A stretch of DNA of 61,362 nt, filler included, from Globobulimina sp. (lineage: Eukaryota), in assembly GCA_003354225.1 (NCBI GenBank). It is 20 parts of 20 records of this genome, joined end to end, with 100 filler letters (N's around TTAATTAATTAA, not from the genome) between each part and the next. Parts side by side here need not be neighbours in the genome. Positions count along the whole stretch, not along the records: positions 1 to 2,976 come from PIVH01004169.1; positions 3,077 to 6,051 come from PIVH01004170.1; positions 6,152 to 9,126 come from PIVH01004171.1; positions 9,227 to 12,201 come from PIVH01004172.1; 16 more parts are not named here. One strand, 5' to 3'. Both the position numbers and the translations under genes were made by a program. Every line of letters begins with the position of its first letter. Within the stretch, counting starts at the first letter, position 1. A model generated the notes under the pieces. It was not told the origin of the DNA, did not search any database, and saw only the letters and a program-made list of their open reading frames with translations. Below, piece by piece: positions 1 through 11,540 of the stretch.

Positions 1-392
1 ATAGCGTTGTCATATGACCGTATATTGTTTCTATTTGTCCATATTGTGGTTGCAAATTAATGGTATTTACAGCACAATTGGTACAAAGACAGACGCTCTA
101 CTTTAAGGTTTGCCGTACGCATTTCTAATTTCTTGCCATATACGTGATATGAATAAAAGTGTTGAATGAATCTGATGAATAGTCATGGATTCATTTGGAT
201 AAACCCGAAAACACACAAAAACACCGATCTTAAGTACACAACTATTGTATATAGGGATTACTGGAATAATATAACTGGATACTAATATTAATGATTTCTT
301 AGTGTTTTTCTGTCATTACTAAACAAAGAAAAAGTAACTTTAAAAAAACCGTTATTTTTTCAAACATACGTACATACGACAAGGTGCTGAAC

Positions 393-1466
393 ATGGGTTG
401 TAAAGATCATCTTTATGGGAGGTTGGAATGGGAGGTTGGAACTGGGATTGTTAAATTTCCTTTGGCATTGCTAATAACAATTATTGGAATTCATGGAATA
501 TATTTGACAGTGAACAAGAAAAAAGCACATAAATGGATATCGATTGCCACTGTTATTTTCTTTATATCATCAACTACTTTTGTATTATATGCTACATTTC
601 AGACTTTGTTTCTTTGTTTTGGGGGGTTACCATTTGGAAGATCTCAACGTGCTTTTATGATTGTACTTGCATTTCATAATGTTGTTTATGGAACCCATTA
701 TTGTACACTAATCATTGTGTTATTTACGAGAGTAAAGGTCTCATTCGATGGCACATCATATCAATTTTCAACATGTTCATCTTATTGTTACAAAACAATA
801 TCGTGTTGCTGTTTTATGTTATTTACGGTAATGTTCTTGGCAATTTGTGTTGTTTCTGGACGAATAGTTTCCCTTTTTCTCGGGTCAATATTCGTGTTTT
901 TATTTTGTTCTGGATTGGTGTATCAATCATTATTTTGGTTATTTTATTCGAAATTAAAAAAGGTGCTTCGAAAATCGAGTAGCAGTGGTAAATCCGATAA
1001 GAAATTACGAAAAGTAATGATGAAAAATGTATTATTGTCATCGTTTAGCATCATTGGAACAGCCTTCTGGATTTTTATGATCTTATTTTGTTATTCAGTG
1101 CCACGTGCCGGCGGCGTAGCAGGTTTAAATTTATATGGCATGGCGCAGAATATTGATGTATTTCTAAATTGTATATGTATTTATTTAACAATGAAAGGCA
1201 CAGAAAGGACGTATAATAGATATTGTGGGAGGATACATAAAATATATAGCAAAACATGTTGTGGTATTACCAATGATGAGGATATGATTAAAGGAGGCAT
1301 TGAATTACAAGCAGCACGTTCAAACTCTGCAGATACAGTATACTCTGACTCAACAGTAACAAATACAGGAAAGTCATGTCCAGATTTCTCAGCAACAAAC
1401 ACCGAAAATACAGAAAAGTCACGTACAGATTTCTCAGCAACAAACACTGAAAATACAAATGTTTAA
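393..1466 (+). CDS. Seven-transmembrane (GPCR-like) protein of unknown family
   Basis: About 7 hydrophobic segments, a basic loop (KLKKVLRK...KKLRK) between the later helices and a Cys-containing Ser/Thr tail. First ATG is at 393. Confidence 0.65.
   Translation: MGCKDHLYGRLEWEVGTGIVKFPLALLITIIGIHGIYLTVNKKKAHKWISIATVIFFISSTTFVLYATFQTLFLCFGGLPFGRSQRAFMIVLAFHNVVYGTHYCTLIIVLFTRVKVSFDGTSYQFSTCSSYCYKTISCCCFMLFTVMFLAICVVSGRIVSLFLGSIFVFLFCSGLVYQSLFWLFYSKLKKVLRKSSSSGKSDKKLRKVMMKNVLLSSFSIIGTAFWIFMILFCYSVPRAGGVAGLNLYGMAQNIDVFLNCICIYLTMKGTERTYNRYCGRIHKIYSKTCCGITNDEDMIKGGIELQAARSNSADTVYSDSTVTNTGKSCPDFSATNTENTEKSRTDFSATNTENTNV
1361..1457 (+). repeat. 45-bp coding tandem duplication in the 7TM C-tail
   Basis: NTGKSCPDFSATNTE / NTEKSRTDFSATNTE; cagatttctcagcaacaaacac occurs twice, 45 bp apart. 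Confidence 0.9.
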
Positions 1467-1747
1467 AACGACGCATAAAATAATATTAATATATCTCAAA
1501 ATGATGTTTATAACAATCAATAATTTACATACTTCCACCCGTTTCATTGAGTTATGATCTCTACTATTTAGGAGTCCATCCAAATATTTGCGTATAGTTA
1601 CTGTTACTCAGATAGAGGGGATTATCTATTCAGATAGATAACTTCCGAGGAGGTTATCTTTTTAATATCATATACAAAATATCGACCAGAGGGGATTATC
1701 TATTAAAACTCGTGTTTTCAAGGATACAAAAAAACAGTGATCGCATA

Positions 1748-2805
1748 ATGCTTTCGGAAGTTGTATCGACGTTATTGAATGCCACTTGGCCATTTTATCA
1801 AGGGTTATATTTGATATTTACACCGGACGCAGTGCTTCGAAAGCCAATGAAATTAGAAGAGTATACACTTGAATGGGAACCAAAGTTTCTTCTCACATAT
1901 AACACCACCATATTTATTTATGCATTGGTTTCCTGGATATCGTATGAATGGACATTTCCTGATTTATCACAACCAATTAATTGGACATATTGGATTCCAG
2001 TGATTATTATTCGAGATTTATTTTTTACATTCATAACTTATGAGCCATGGCAATATTTAACACATACAAATGCTAAATATGTCAAGAAATTATCTGCAAA
2101 AAAATTTAATGCAAAGATGCCTGCGGATGAACAATGGACACATGATAGATTTTGGAGTTGTTCCGGTACGGTAATTGCAGCCATTCATGAGTTAATAATG
2201 ATATATTTATGGACAAATGCTTACTCCCAATATGTTTATACTAATTTTTGGGCATTCCCTCTTTATTCGGTGTTTTGGGCATTATTCCAGCTTTGGTTTC
2301 GCCATTTTCATTTTTATTTTGTTCATCGTATGATTCATCCTTGGTTTCATCGAAAAAGTGCGTTTAGATTTGTTGATATTGGTCGATTTTTATATGATAA
2401 TGTGCATGCATTGCATCATAAGTCTTATAATCCGGGGCCGTGGAGTGGGCTTAGCATGCATCCAGGTTTGCGTTTTATTAATATGTATATACACACACAC
2501 TAACACTCACATTTATATTGTAATATTATTCAGTTGAACATTTATTTTATTACAGTTGTGTATGGTTTCCAGCACTATTTATCTGTCAACATCCCATTCA
2601 TTTTATGATTAATAAGTTTCATGCAACGATTAGTCCGGCTCCAGGCCATGATGGATATGATAGTCCGGTTGGTGGCGGAGCCGGTGGCTATTTTCATTAT
2701 CTTCATCATGCACATTTTGAATGTAATTATGGTACAGATATGGTTCCATTGGATCAATTATTTGGTACTTGGTCTGATGGATCGAAATTTAGAAAAAATA
2801 AATAA
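1748..2805 (+). CDS. Sterol desaturase / fatty acid hydroxylase superfamily protein (intron 2466-2533)
   Basis: His boxes HFYFVHRMIH, HALHHKS and HYLHH...NYG. Splicing the GT-AG intron 2466-2533 restores GLSMHP-VEHLFYYS. Confidence 0.9.
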
Positions 2806-2976
2806 AATAAAAATGTATTTGCAGATTAATCTTAATATAGTTGTAAATTGTAATTTTAATTATATGAATAAACTAGTTGTTACGTAGTAGTAACAAATTT
2901 AGTCGGAAATGTACCTTTAACTGCCGTGCAAGCAAGAGTTTACACGGAAAAGTCACGTTTTTGAGCTTGCAAAGTT

Positions 2977-3076
2977 NNNNNNNNNNNNNNNNNNNNNNNN
3001 NNNNNNNNNNNNNNNNNNNNTTAATTAATTAANNNNNNNNNNNNNNNNNNNNNNNNNNNNNNNNNNNNNNNNNNNN
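2977..3076. other. Artificial 100-bp contig linker (N44-TTAATTAATTAA-N44), first of 19
   Basis: Identical linkers start at 2977, 6052, 9127, 12202, 15277, 18352, 21426, 24500, 27574, 30648, 33721, 36794, 39867, 42939, 46010, 49081, 52152, 55223 and 58293. The 12-mer has stops in all six frames. Intervening contigs shrink from 2976 to 2970 bp. Confidence 0.99.
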
Positions 3077-3837
3077 CATTTTATCGCATAAAAGCATAAA
3101 AAATAACCTGTTTTGCCCAATATTGGTCCATTTGTGTTTGCAACATTAACATCAGTCGCTCCATAGCTAACTGGTTTTTTTCTTTGCCGTACCTGAATAT
3201 TTTCAAATTCGTGTCTCATTTCAGGAGTTAACTGCGGAGATACTGCAAACATCCTTGGTGATCTTGATAAAATTGTCAAAGCTGATTTCAATGTCACAGT
3301 CATTTCTTTTGGGGCTGGTTGGTATTTTGCTGCAAATTTAGGGGTATTCCATAAGGAGAATGTTGATGTTGATGCTGATTGTTCTAAAGGACGCAATTTA
3401 TGTTTGTCAATGGTTGGTGCAGTTATAGTAATATTCAAACTTAATTTTGGTGCTTGCTCTGTTTTGCCATATGTTTTGAGAATAAGTTCATACCAAATAA
3501 ATTGTAGACATGCAACTACAGTCCACATTAAATAAACAGAGGCCAAAGCAATGTTTGTAACTAGATTTTTGCTCATAATGGCACCCGCAAAATTGCAGAA
3601 ATCACCAAAACCCCATAATATCCAAAACCAAAATGATTGGGATTCAGCGGCTTTCTTTTTGAAATTTGTTATGATTTGAGGTAATAAAGCAACTGTCCAT
3701 ATTGCTACACTTATCCAGCCAATGATAAATGCAATTTTATCCAATATATCGTAAACACACCATCCCAATACAACAGTAAATGGCCATTGCAATGATTCTC
3801 CAAACTGATTATGAGATGAACAGGTTGAGTGGGACAT
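3077..3837 (-). CDS. PQ-loop lysosomal/vacuolar amino acid transporter-like protein, 3'-truncated by contig end
   Basis: GWISVAIWTVALLPQIITNFKKK...QSFWFWILWGFGDFCNFAG is a PQ-loop repeat of the PQLC2/YPQ type. Confidence 0.85.
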
Positions 3838-3894
3838 TATTATCAAATATGTGACAGATTGAAAAAAACTTCTCTTGGAAAATACTGGGTCTTC

Positions 3895-5190
3895 ATGTTC
3901 GAAGTATTGATTAACTCCAAAAACCAAATTATCAAAGAACGAGATGAATTATTAAATAAATTAGATTCCAATTATATTCTTTACATAAATGAAGTATTGC
4001 AGCAGAAATTACTGATTAGACAAACCATTCAACATCAATATGACCAGCAAATCAAGAACATTGATAAGTTACTCTTTAAATCAAGTAACAATACCAAAAA
4101 TGTTTCAAATCTCAACAAAATACGATCTCCATCTCCACAATCAAACGAAATACAAAATAACAATGCATCGATTTCAAATGGCGATTTTCATTGTATTTAC
4201 TGTTCAAATTCGTTTACCAATTACAAATTGCTAAGAAATCATCTTCATTCTCATACTGATAAACCATGCCTTTGCCAACATTGTCCAAATGCATTTCGGA
4301 ATACATCTGATCTCAATCAACATCTCCCGCAACATCAACATGCCCAAAATCGACCTTATTCATGTAATTCATGCCTCAAATTGTTTGATTGTCACACATC
4401 ATTCCCTCAACCTTTTACATTAACTACGCATAAATGGAGAGTTCATAAAATTAAAACAAAAACAAAAACAAAAACGAAAAAAATGAGTATTCCACCTTTA
4501 ATCAACAATAAAAAGCACGCATTTTGTTGCATTTATTGCGTAAATTCGTTTTCAAATTATGCGGAATTAAGAAAACATGTTTTTGTGCACGAAGACCGCC
4601 CTCATATTTGTAGGAAATGTCCGAATGCATTTAAAACGGTGACTCATTTGAAAAATCATATGAATCAACACGGCGGCGATGCAGCGTATAAATGTAATTT
4701 ATGTTTGCAACAATTTAAATGTGCGACAGCATTTACTGCGCGACAGCATTTAACTAAACATAAAAACAGAGTTCATAAAATGGCTAAAAACGCAAATGTT
4801 TCTGGGTATAAACGGAAAATAAATCCATCATTTGCAGCAAATCAAAATGAAACACCGAGAAAAAAAATAAACAAATCAGTATTTTCAAAAGGAAATGGTC
4901 AGAGTCAGAGTCGGAGTCAGAGTACAGATGAAGAGAAAAATATGGTGTTCAGTTGTGAGATATGGAAGTTATGGAAGTTAAAGGAAGAGGAAATTAAAAG
5001 TGAAAATAATTATGATGTTGGAATTGGAAATGTATTAAGAAAATTGAAAAATGAGTTGAAACAATTTATAGTGCAGAATAAATTATGTGGGGAATGGAAC
5101 GAATCCTGGAATTTGTATAGCTATACATCATTGGAACACGTATTTCTTGATTTGTGTGTCCAAAAACTCAATCAAATAAAAAATTGTTAA
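3895..5190 (+). CDS. C2H2 zinc finger protein with two duplicated three-finger clusters
   Basis: Repeated CxxC...HxxxH fingers. CIYCSNSFTNY...CPNAF is paralleled by CIYCVNSFSNY...CPNAF. N-terminal coiled-coil-like segment. Confidence 0.88.
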   Translation: MFEVLINSKNQIIKERDELLNKLDSNYILYINEVLQQKLLIRQTIQHQYDQQIKNIDKLLFKSSNNTKNVSNLNKIRSPSPQSNEIQNNNASISNGDFHCIYCSNSFTNYKLLRNHLHSHTDKPCLCQHCPNAFRNTSDLNQHLPQHQHAQNRPYSCNSCLKLFDCHTSFPQPFTLTTHKWRVHKIKTKTKTKTKKMSIPPLINNKKHAFCCIYCVNSFSNYAELRKHVFVHEDRPHICRKCPNAFKTVTHLKNHMNQHGGDAAYKCNLCLQQFKCATAFTARQHLTKHKNRVHKMAKNANVSGYKRKINPSFAANQNETPRKKINKSVFSKGNGQSQSRSQSTDEEKNMVFSCEIWKLWKLKEEEIKSENNYDVGIGNVLRKLKNELKQFIVQNKLCGEWNESWNLYSYTSLEHVFLDLCVQKLNQIKNC

Positions 5191-5378
5191 ATACTCGCTT
5201 TCCTTGCAATAATAGATGTAATATTTAAATATTCTCCAATTAAAACAATTTATTTACAATTTATGGTAAATAATCTCGGAATTAAAGGGATTATGTAATG
5301 CAGTACCAAACACTTATATTACATGACATAAATGAATCGTGCTGTCATATACCAAAGTGTTTCCAAACATGTACTTGT

Positions 5379-6051
5379 TCATCCTCGTTTTCGCTCATGT
5401 ACTGATTTTTTGACTGCATTATCTCGTTTTTTGCAGACATTAGGTGTGTTCATTCTAACTTTTTCACTTGCAACCCATAACAAATTCGAAGCCTTGTTGT
5501 TCAACGCAACGCTATCAATATGTACCAAATATCTATAATTCATTGGATTCTGTACAAAATGATTTGCAACCAAACCGTGCACAGCTTTATACTTTTTGCT
5601 AAATGGATCCCTATAACGCTCATACCTATCCATAATGGTTGTTTTTCGCAATTCCTCTTTTTAACACTTTAATCCGTGCCATGTTGCTGACAAAGTATTT
5701 CCAATTGAGCTGATTTAGATAAAATTGCATCCATTCCTCATTTAACAAATCCTCAACTTTTTGATTATATTTTGACACATCAATGTAAACAAACTGGAAA
5801 CCATTTTTGATAATTTTTAGTTGAAAATAGGAAGTTTGGACGGCGTTTGCAATTCCTTGTTGTTTGCAATATGCGTGACATTGCGCTATGGATTTGAATT
5901 GATGTTCCTTTGCTGATTTTATGTTAATGATTTTGACGGCACATGATGGACGTTTTACGAGACCAAAAGCATTAGCATGCGCAGTATTTTGTTTTGCTGT
6001 AACCCATTCCAGATTTTCCAACGTTAACTTATTGTTATAACCATCTCCATC
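5379..6051 (-). pseudogene. Frameshifted multi-module NUMOD4/HNH homing-endonuclease-like gene
   Basis: DGDGYNNKLTLENLEWVTAKQN (HNH end), FKSIAQC (NUMOD1-like), EEW...YFVSNMARIK (NUMOD4), then in another frame VHGLVANHF...HIDSVALNNKASNL (second HNH). Frame change near 5650. Confidence 0.8.
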
Positions 6052-6281
6052 NNNNNNNNNNNNNNNNNNNNNNNNNNNNNNNNNNNNNNNNNNNNTTAAT
6101 TAATTAANNNNNNNNNNNNNNNNNNNNNNNNNNNNNNNNNNNNNNNNNNNNTTGTGGACTGTTGTCAAGCAGCTGAATGCAGTTGGATTATGAGCCTAAT
6201 TATGGAATTGAAAACTATAAAACTATAAAAATAGTCACTCTTTACTACTCAAATCAACTTCACTTTGCTACAATTTTCATC

Positions 6282-7046
6282 ATGTCTAAAACTGAATTTT
6301 TATCACCAAATGCAATGAATTCCATAAATATTGTCTGTGGATATTTTGGTTCAATCGCTGCGAGTATAGTTGCATGGATTACTTTAGTATGTTGGCTCTT
6401 CATTGACGGAAACGGTGGACTAGGAAAAAGAAATCCGAATAAAGTTACAAATGGTTATTTTAATTGGCATCCATTTTGCATGTCGTTTGCATTTATTTTA
6501 ATGATGTTTTCCAGCATATTATCATTTGAATTGTTTCCATTCTCAAGAAAAATCAACAAACATATTCATTGGATATGTCATACATTATCATTCATTGCAT
6601 CCTTTGCTGGATTATCTATAATCTTAGATTGTCATTTGGTAATTTCAGATCATGGATTGTTCCGTTCCATACATAGTTTAATCGGATTTATAACATTATC
6701 GCTATTCAGCATCAATTATATTCACGGATTGTTGGCGTATTTGTTAGGTTTCTGTGCAAAGCGTCGACAGTGTGGATGTTTTGGAAACGATCCATGCAGC
6801 AAATCTATCCATAAAAGGATTGGATTAATGGTACTGATCGGAGGTTGTTGCAATATATTCATCGGAATTACAGAAAAAATACATTCAATGGGCACAGTTT
6901 CAGATGCTTCTCTTCATACTGCGCAAGCAGTGGCAGGTCTATTATTTACGGCGATGGCTGGATTGATATTCAATGTGACAAGATTTCAAAATAAAAACGA
7001 TCAAGAGTTTGCTAGGGTGGATTCTTGGCACTCTCTGGTGATGTGA
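6282..7046 (+). CDS. Cytochrome b561 family protein
   Basis: FNWHPFCM, KHIHWICH, SIHSLIG and SIHKRIG provide the heme-ligand His motifs; six TM helices. Confidence 0.92.
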   Translation: MSKTEFLSPNAMNSINIVCGYFGSIAASIVAWITLVCWLFIDGNGGLGKRNPNKVTNGYFNWHPFCMSFAFILMMFSSILSFELFPFSRKINKHIHWICHTLSFIASFAGLSIILDCHLVISDHGLFRSIHSLIGFITLSLFSINYIHGLLAYLLGFCAKRRQCGCFGNDPCSKSIHKRIGLMVLIGGCCNIFIGITEKIHSMGTVSDASLHTAQAVAGLLFTAMAGLIFNVTRFQNKNDQEFARVDSWHSLVM

Positions 7047-7312
7047 AAGAGTGAGAAAATTTCAAAAACATTTGAGTGCGCAGATATATAGATTTAAATA
7101 ATTAAATTAACCTAAATTAATTAGAGCGTATAACATAATCCATTGTTTCTTCAGCAACTTTATTTTTGCGCTCCAGAAAATCCGAAAACACCGAAATCCA
7201 GAAACATTTCTTTATATCCTTGCGCTCGCTTTGACAAAAATAGAAAAAAAAAACTTGATTGTACAACACTTGCAATTCAAAGCGAGGTAAATAATAAATA
7301 GAACAAATTAAT

Positions 7313-8115
7313 TTATATTTTATGCGATGATTCAATTTCCTCAATCCATTGACTCATATTTTGCGAAAATTGTAGAATATCCATTGCATTTTCATCCATT
7401 TTTGCATGCCATATCCATTCAACAATTGGTAATAAATCATTTTTAAATTCCTCTGATTTTTCATCTCTCATTGATACATATTTAGTATTTCTTTTTATAT
7501 TATATCTCAATCTAATGATTATTTTACACACATAAATAATTACATCGTTAATTTGCGATAATTCATTCACATCACCACATTCAAATTGTTTCTCGCAAAA
7601 AGAATATATCACTTTGCTTCTTTTGGTAAGATTTGTCTTTTCATCCACTTTGCTCTCAGGTATGCCGTCGACAAATCCGATGGCGATATCTCTAAATGTT
7701 ATAACATCCCCAGCAAAATATTCACGTGGTTCAATGCCATTTTTTATGGTAAATTCCTTTTCTACGCTGGCGATTTGAATATATCGCACATTTGCTATAT
7801 TCACTATGTGTATATTAGTATATTTTGTATCATTTTGTATGAATTAATTAGATTTATACTGTACAAACCTTGCGATAATTGCTGCTTCAGACTATCAATA
7901 GTATCTTCTCGATCGATTGGTATCATTAATTGATCTTCTTCAGATAGAGTATCATCTCTATAATTCGATTCATTTGCATCTCTGCCACCATATGATTCAG
8001 GAATGTACCTTGTTTTTGGATCAGTCCTGCATTTATATATTACGAATGACAGACCTATGATAAATACTGCAGATACTGTCATGATGGCAAAAATTACAGT
8101 GGTAGTATCTGCCAT
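7313..8115 (-). CDS. Single-pass membrane protein of unknown function (intron 7804-7868)
   Basis: N-terminal TM helix. A 65-nt GT-AG intron joins ORFs 7804..8115 and 7313..7804 in frame (SQ-VNIAN). Confidence 0.65.
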
Positions 8116-8201
8116 GATTCAGATAATACGTTTGGCAGAGACTGAAGTAACGCAACTGTTTTTACTAAAAAAAAAACAACAACTTTTTGTTTCCTCGTCT
8201 T

Positions 8202-9126
8202 ATGAGGACCAGCCTGAGTAATAACAGAGAATGTGCAGTCTGTTATAACACATCAAAGAACAATGAAATATTTGTGGTGTGCTGTATGTGCGGATTAGGT
8301 GTTCACGGCAACTGCTATGGCTGTAGTTTTACATCAAACCGTCGATACACAAGCGAATGGAAATGCCGATATTGCAATGCCATTTGTGTTGGAAAAGCAA
8401 ATGATTACACTGATGACATCAAAAAAACCATAAAATGTCGTATATGCAATCAATGTAAATTTGGTGCGTTAAAATCATGCGGAAAAAACCAAGGATTTGC
8501 GCATTTAGTTTGCGCCTTATGGACACCGTGGACTTTTATCGAAAATAGTTATAACATGGCACCTATTAAAGGCATTGAAAAATGTAAAAAATATAAATCT
8601 GTTTTAAAAAAATTCATATGTTCACTCTGTAATAAATCGCACGCGACTTTAAAATGCAGAGTCAAAGGTTGTAGTGAATACTATCATCCTTTGTGTTTAA
8701 TCGAGAAACACAGGAATTGCATGATTGAAAATAATGGCACTGTCGATGCTTTTCATTGCAAAGTATATCATGTTTATTGTCCTCATCATGTACAATCGCA
8801 TAAGGTTTGGTACTGTATACATTTCAAAACTATGCATATACATTATACATTATAACATATCATTGTACATAGCCTTGGAATCATAACAAAGGGCACAAAA
8901 AAGGTAAATCGCGGGAGGTTGTGTTTGAAAGAAAAGCCCAAATTAATAGCAATTATAATGCTGATTCAGGTGATCGTGATCGCGATATATCAATGACAGA
9001 AAACAACGACACCGACAGTGATATTGTCATCCTTAACGGCAAGAAATTTGAATGTGAATCAGGTACAAATGTGGTCGCTCACCGTTCATCAGCAAATCAA
9101 GAAAACCCAGCAACGCCTCAGGCACA
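8202..9126 (+). CDS. PHD-Zn knuckle-PHD (PZP; BRPF/JADE/AF10-like) chromatin protein, 3'-truncated (intron 8805-8872)
   Basis: CAVC...CCMCGLGVHGNCYG...WKCRYC, then CRIC...GALK...AHLVCALW, then CSLC...C...C...YHPLC...YCPHH. The intron joins it in frame to ORF 8921. Confidence 0.88.
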
Positions 9127-9231
9127 NNNNNNNNNNNNNNNNNNNNNNNNNNNNNNNNNNNNNNNNNNNNTTAATTAATTAANNNNNNNNNNNNNNNNNN
9201 NNNNNNNNNNNNNNNNNNNNNNNNNNAATCA

Positions 9232-11540
9232 TCAGTCCAATCTTTCAATCAACAATGTGGACAAATTCAGATGCGTTAACTTTTCAATTCGAGCATAATC
9301 CTGCAAATTTTCATTCAAACGTATCACTTTATCAATAAAATCAATATTTAACGGCTGACCTAATTTATTCGTATCCACACCAGTTAGATTTACGGCTTGT
9401 TTCAACGCAGACAATACAAAATCAATTGGATCCATCGATGCTGACGATTCTGATAATAATAAGGATTTCAATTTCGGCAATGGATTATCGACTTGACAAC
9501 ACAATGTAAATAATGCACGTTGCATCACTAATAAAACCACACGATTTTCGATATTAATTAATTCATTTTGACAATCATTTAATGATAAATATCTTTCTAA
9601 CCAACCATTAAAATTTGATAAATGATATGGTTTAGCCTCTTTTAAAAATATTGGATCAAACCAATATGCATTTAATTTGCATTGTGGTTGATCGTAAAAT
9701 TGAATTAATACCATTTCGTTCAATGGATCCAATGCGCGGACTCTACCAATCTTATTGATGCAATTTGTCATTAAGGATGGCTCAAAGGTATAATCATGGA
9801 TAACATTGTTGGTAACATAGACAAACTGACCGGCAAAACATTCTTCGTACATTAATGTGGTCCAATCCTGATCTGGATCGGGGAAGGCAACCGTATCTGG
9901 TATGCGATTGGCGCAAATTACCCATGCTATCTGAATGGCATCGCGTTCGATTTGAGAGTACAATGGCTGTCGTAATTGCATAAAAAACTCATCAAATTCA
10001 TATTCTTTAAATGAACCACGGACATAATCCTGGATTCTTGGGATGATATTTTTCTCCCAATAGGATAACATTTTATTGGTTTCGATCTCTTCGCGCGATT
10101 CTAAATGAAAGGGTGAGGATGAAAATACCATCTCAAATGGCTTTGGCTTATTACAATCTTCATTTATGTCCGAATCTGATAAGGTTTCCATCGGCGCCAA
10201 TGGTGTCTGCACAAAATATGGCAATATTCTATTGTTTATTTCCCATAAACGATCTCGTAATAATACCGAACATAACCGTGTATTGTCTGCATTTCCAGAT
10301 GATAATTTTCTGCGTTTCTCGTTATTTTTTAATGTAAATTCAATCATGAATCGAACGGCTTTGTCCATAATGTTTATCTCAGATACAGTTTCTGAGGACA
10401 ATAAGGCTTCAATCACACATATTGCTCGATAGCGTAATTCACTTAATATGGTATTCACATTATTGTCACTATCATCTGCTGCGGGTAATATTTTTAGCCA
10501 CGAATATTGTTTGTCTTTAATTGATATATTATTGGTATCCGTTTGTATTATATTCATTAATGTATCGAATATATGTTCATTGCGGATTAATACATTAAAA
10601 CTCGGCTCAAATTCGGAGATTGGAGTAATTTCAGTTGAATCTATACGTGTGGTATGCCGTTGTTTCACGTATTGATCTTTTGTTTTTTGTAATAATATAT
10701 GTACTTTGTTACTAAATCGAGACGATTCCACCACAACGCCACGGTTATTGTGTCCAAATCTATCATTATTAATTCTTATCATCCCGCCAACTCGCAATGG
10801 CTCGCAAAAACCACCTAATATGCATAGAGCACCGGTAAATGAATTCAAATCTTTCTCATTTGATGGATTCTCTAATATATTTGCTAAAGTTTGTAGTGTT
10901 ATTTCTCTCCATTCGTCGTGATGTTCCCCTTCACTACAACTGGAGATAATATTTTCTTGGATGGAGATGGATGAAATAGTCCGTTGGATGCTGGATGGAT
11001 GTCGGGGTATTGAGGGTGGTGCTTTGTTATTGTTATTATTATTATTAGTGTTGCCATCATCATTTATTACGATGGTGGATTCATTATTGTTGAGTTGGGT
11101 GCCTGCCACAGTGCCTGTGGCTGAGTTTGTGTTTGTTGTAGCATCATCTTTCAACATCCAACGTAAAAATGAAATTAATTCAGAAATAACATTCCTAGCT
11201 ACATTTGCAGACACAGTCAATGATGAATTTGAATTAATTGGATCATTGATAGCAGCGGTTTGCTTTAAATCATCCACATCGGTCGCATTAACAGCATCAT
11301 CTGGCGAGGCAGACGAAGCAGCAGCAGCCGGCGCAGAAGATTTCCGCCGTAATGCACCTAAATATTGCCTTGGTAATATACTAACAGCAATACCAAATCT
11401 ACTAAAATTCTGTGCCAACTCACCGGATTTATCATAGTCCGATTTTGGTAAAATAATATAATACCCGTTATCATTAATGGTTTGTCGTATGGTCATGGCA
11501 GTAAATCTGGCTCTTAATTGATTACCAATCTTGGCATCAT
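9232..11540 (-). CDS. Internal fragment of a giant eukaryotic protein, probably a HERC2/HECTD4-like E3 ligase
   Basis: GALCILGGFCEPLRVGG resembles a segment shared by HERC2/HECTD4-type giant HECT ligases. The frame stays open upstream of the listed ATG (DDAKIGNQLRARFTAM) to the chimeric junction. No HECT domain is visible. Confidence 0.5.

Noticed and set aside
3021-3032. Regularly spaced TTAATTAATTAA as a biological repeat or CRISPR-like array
   Set aside because: It is always embedded in 44+44 Ns, gives six-frame stops and separates size-sorted contigs, so it is an artificial linker.
9232-11437. Plus-strand ORFs (10113, 10166, 10448, 10706, 10961) and similar short antisense ORFs elsewhere
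   Set aside because: They are antisense shadows of longer, motif-bearing genes.
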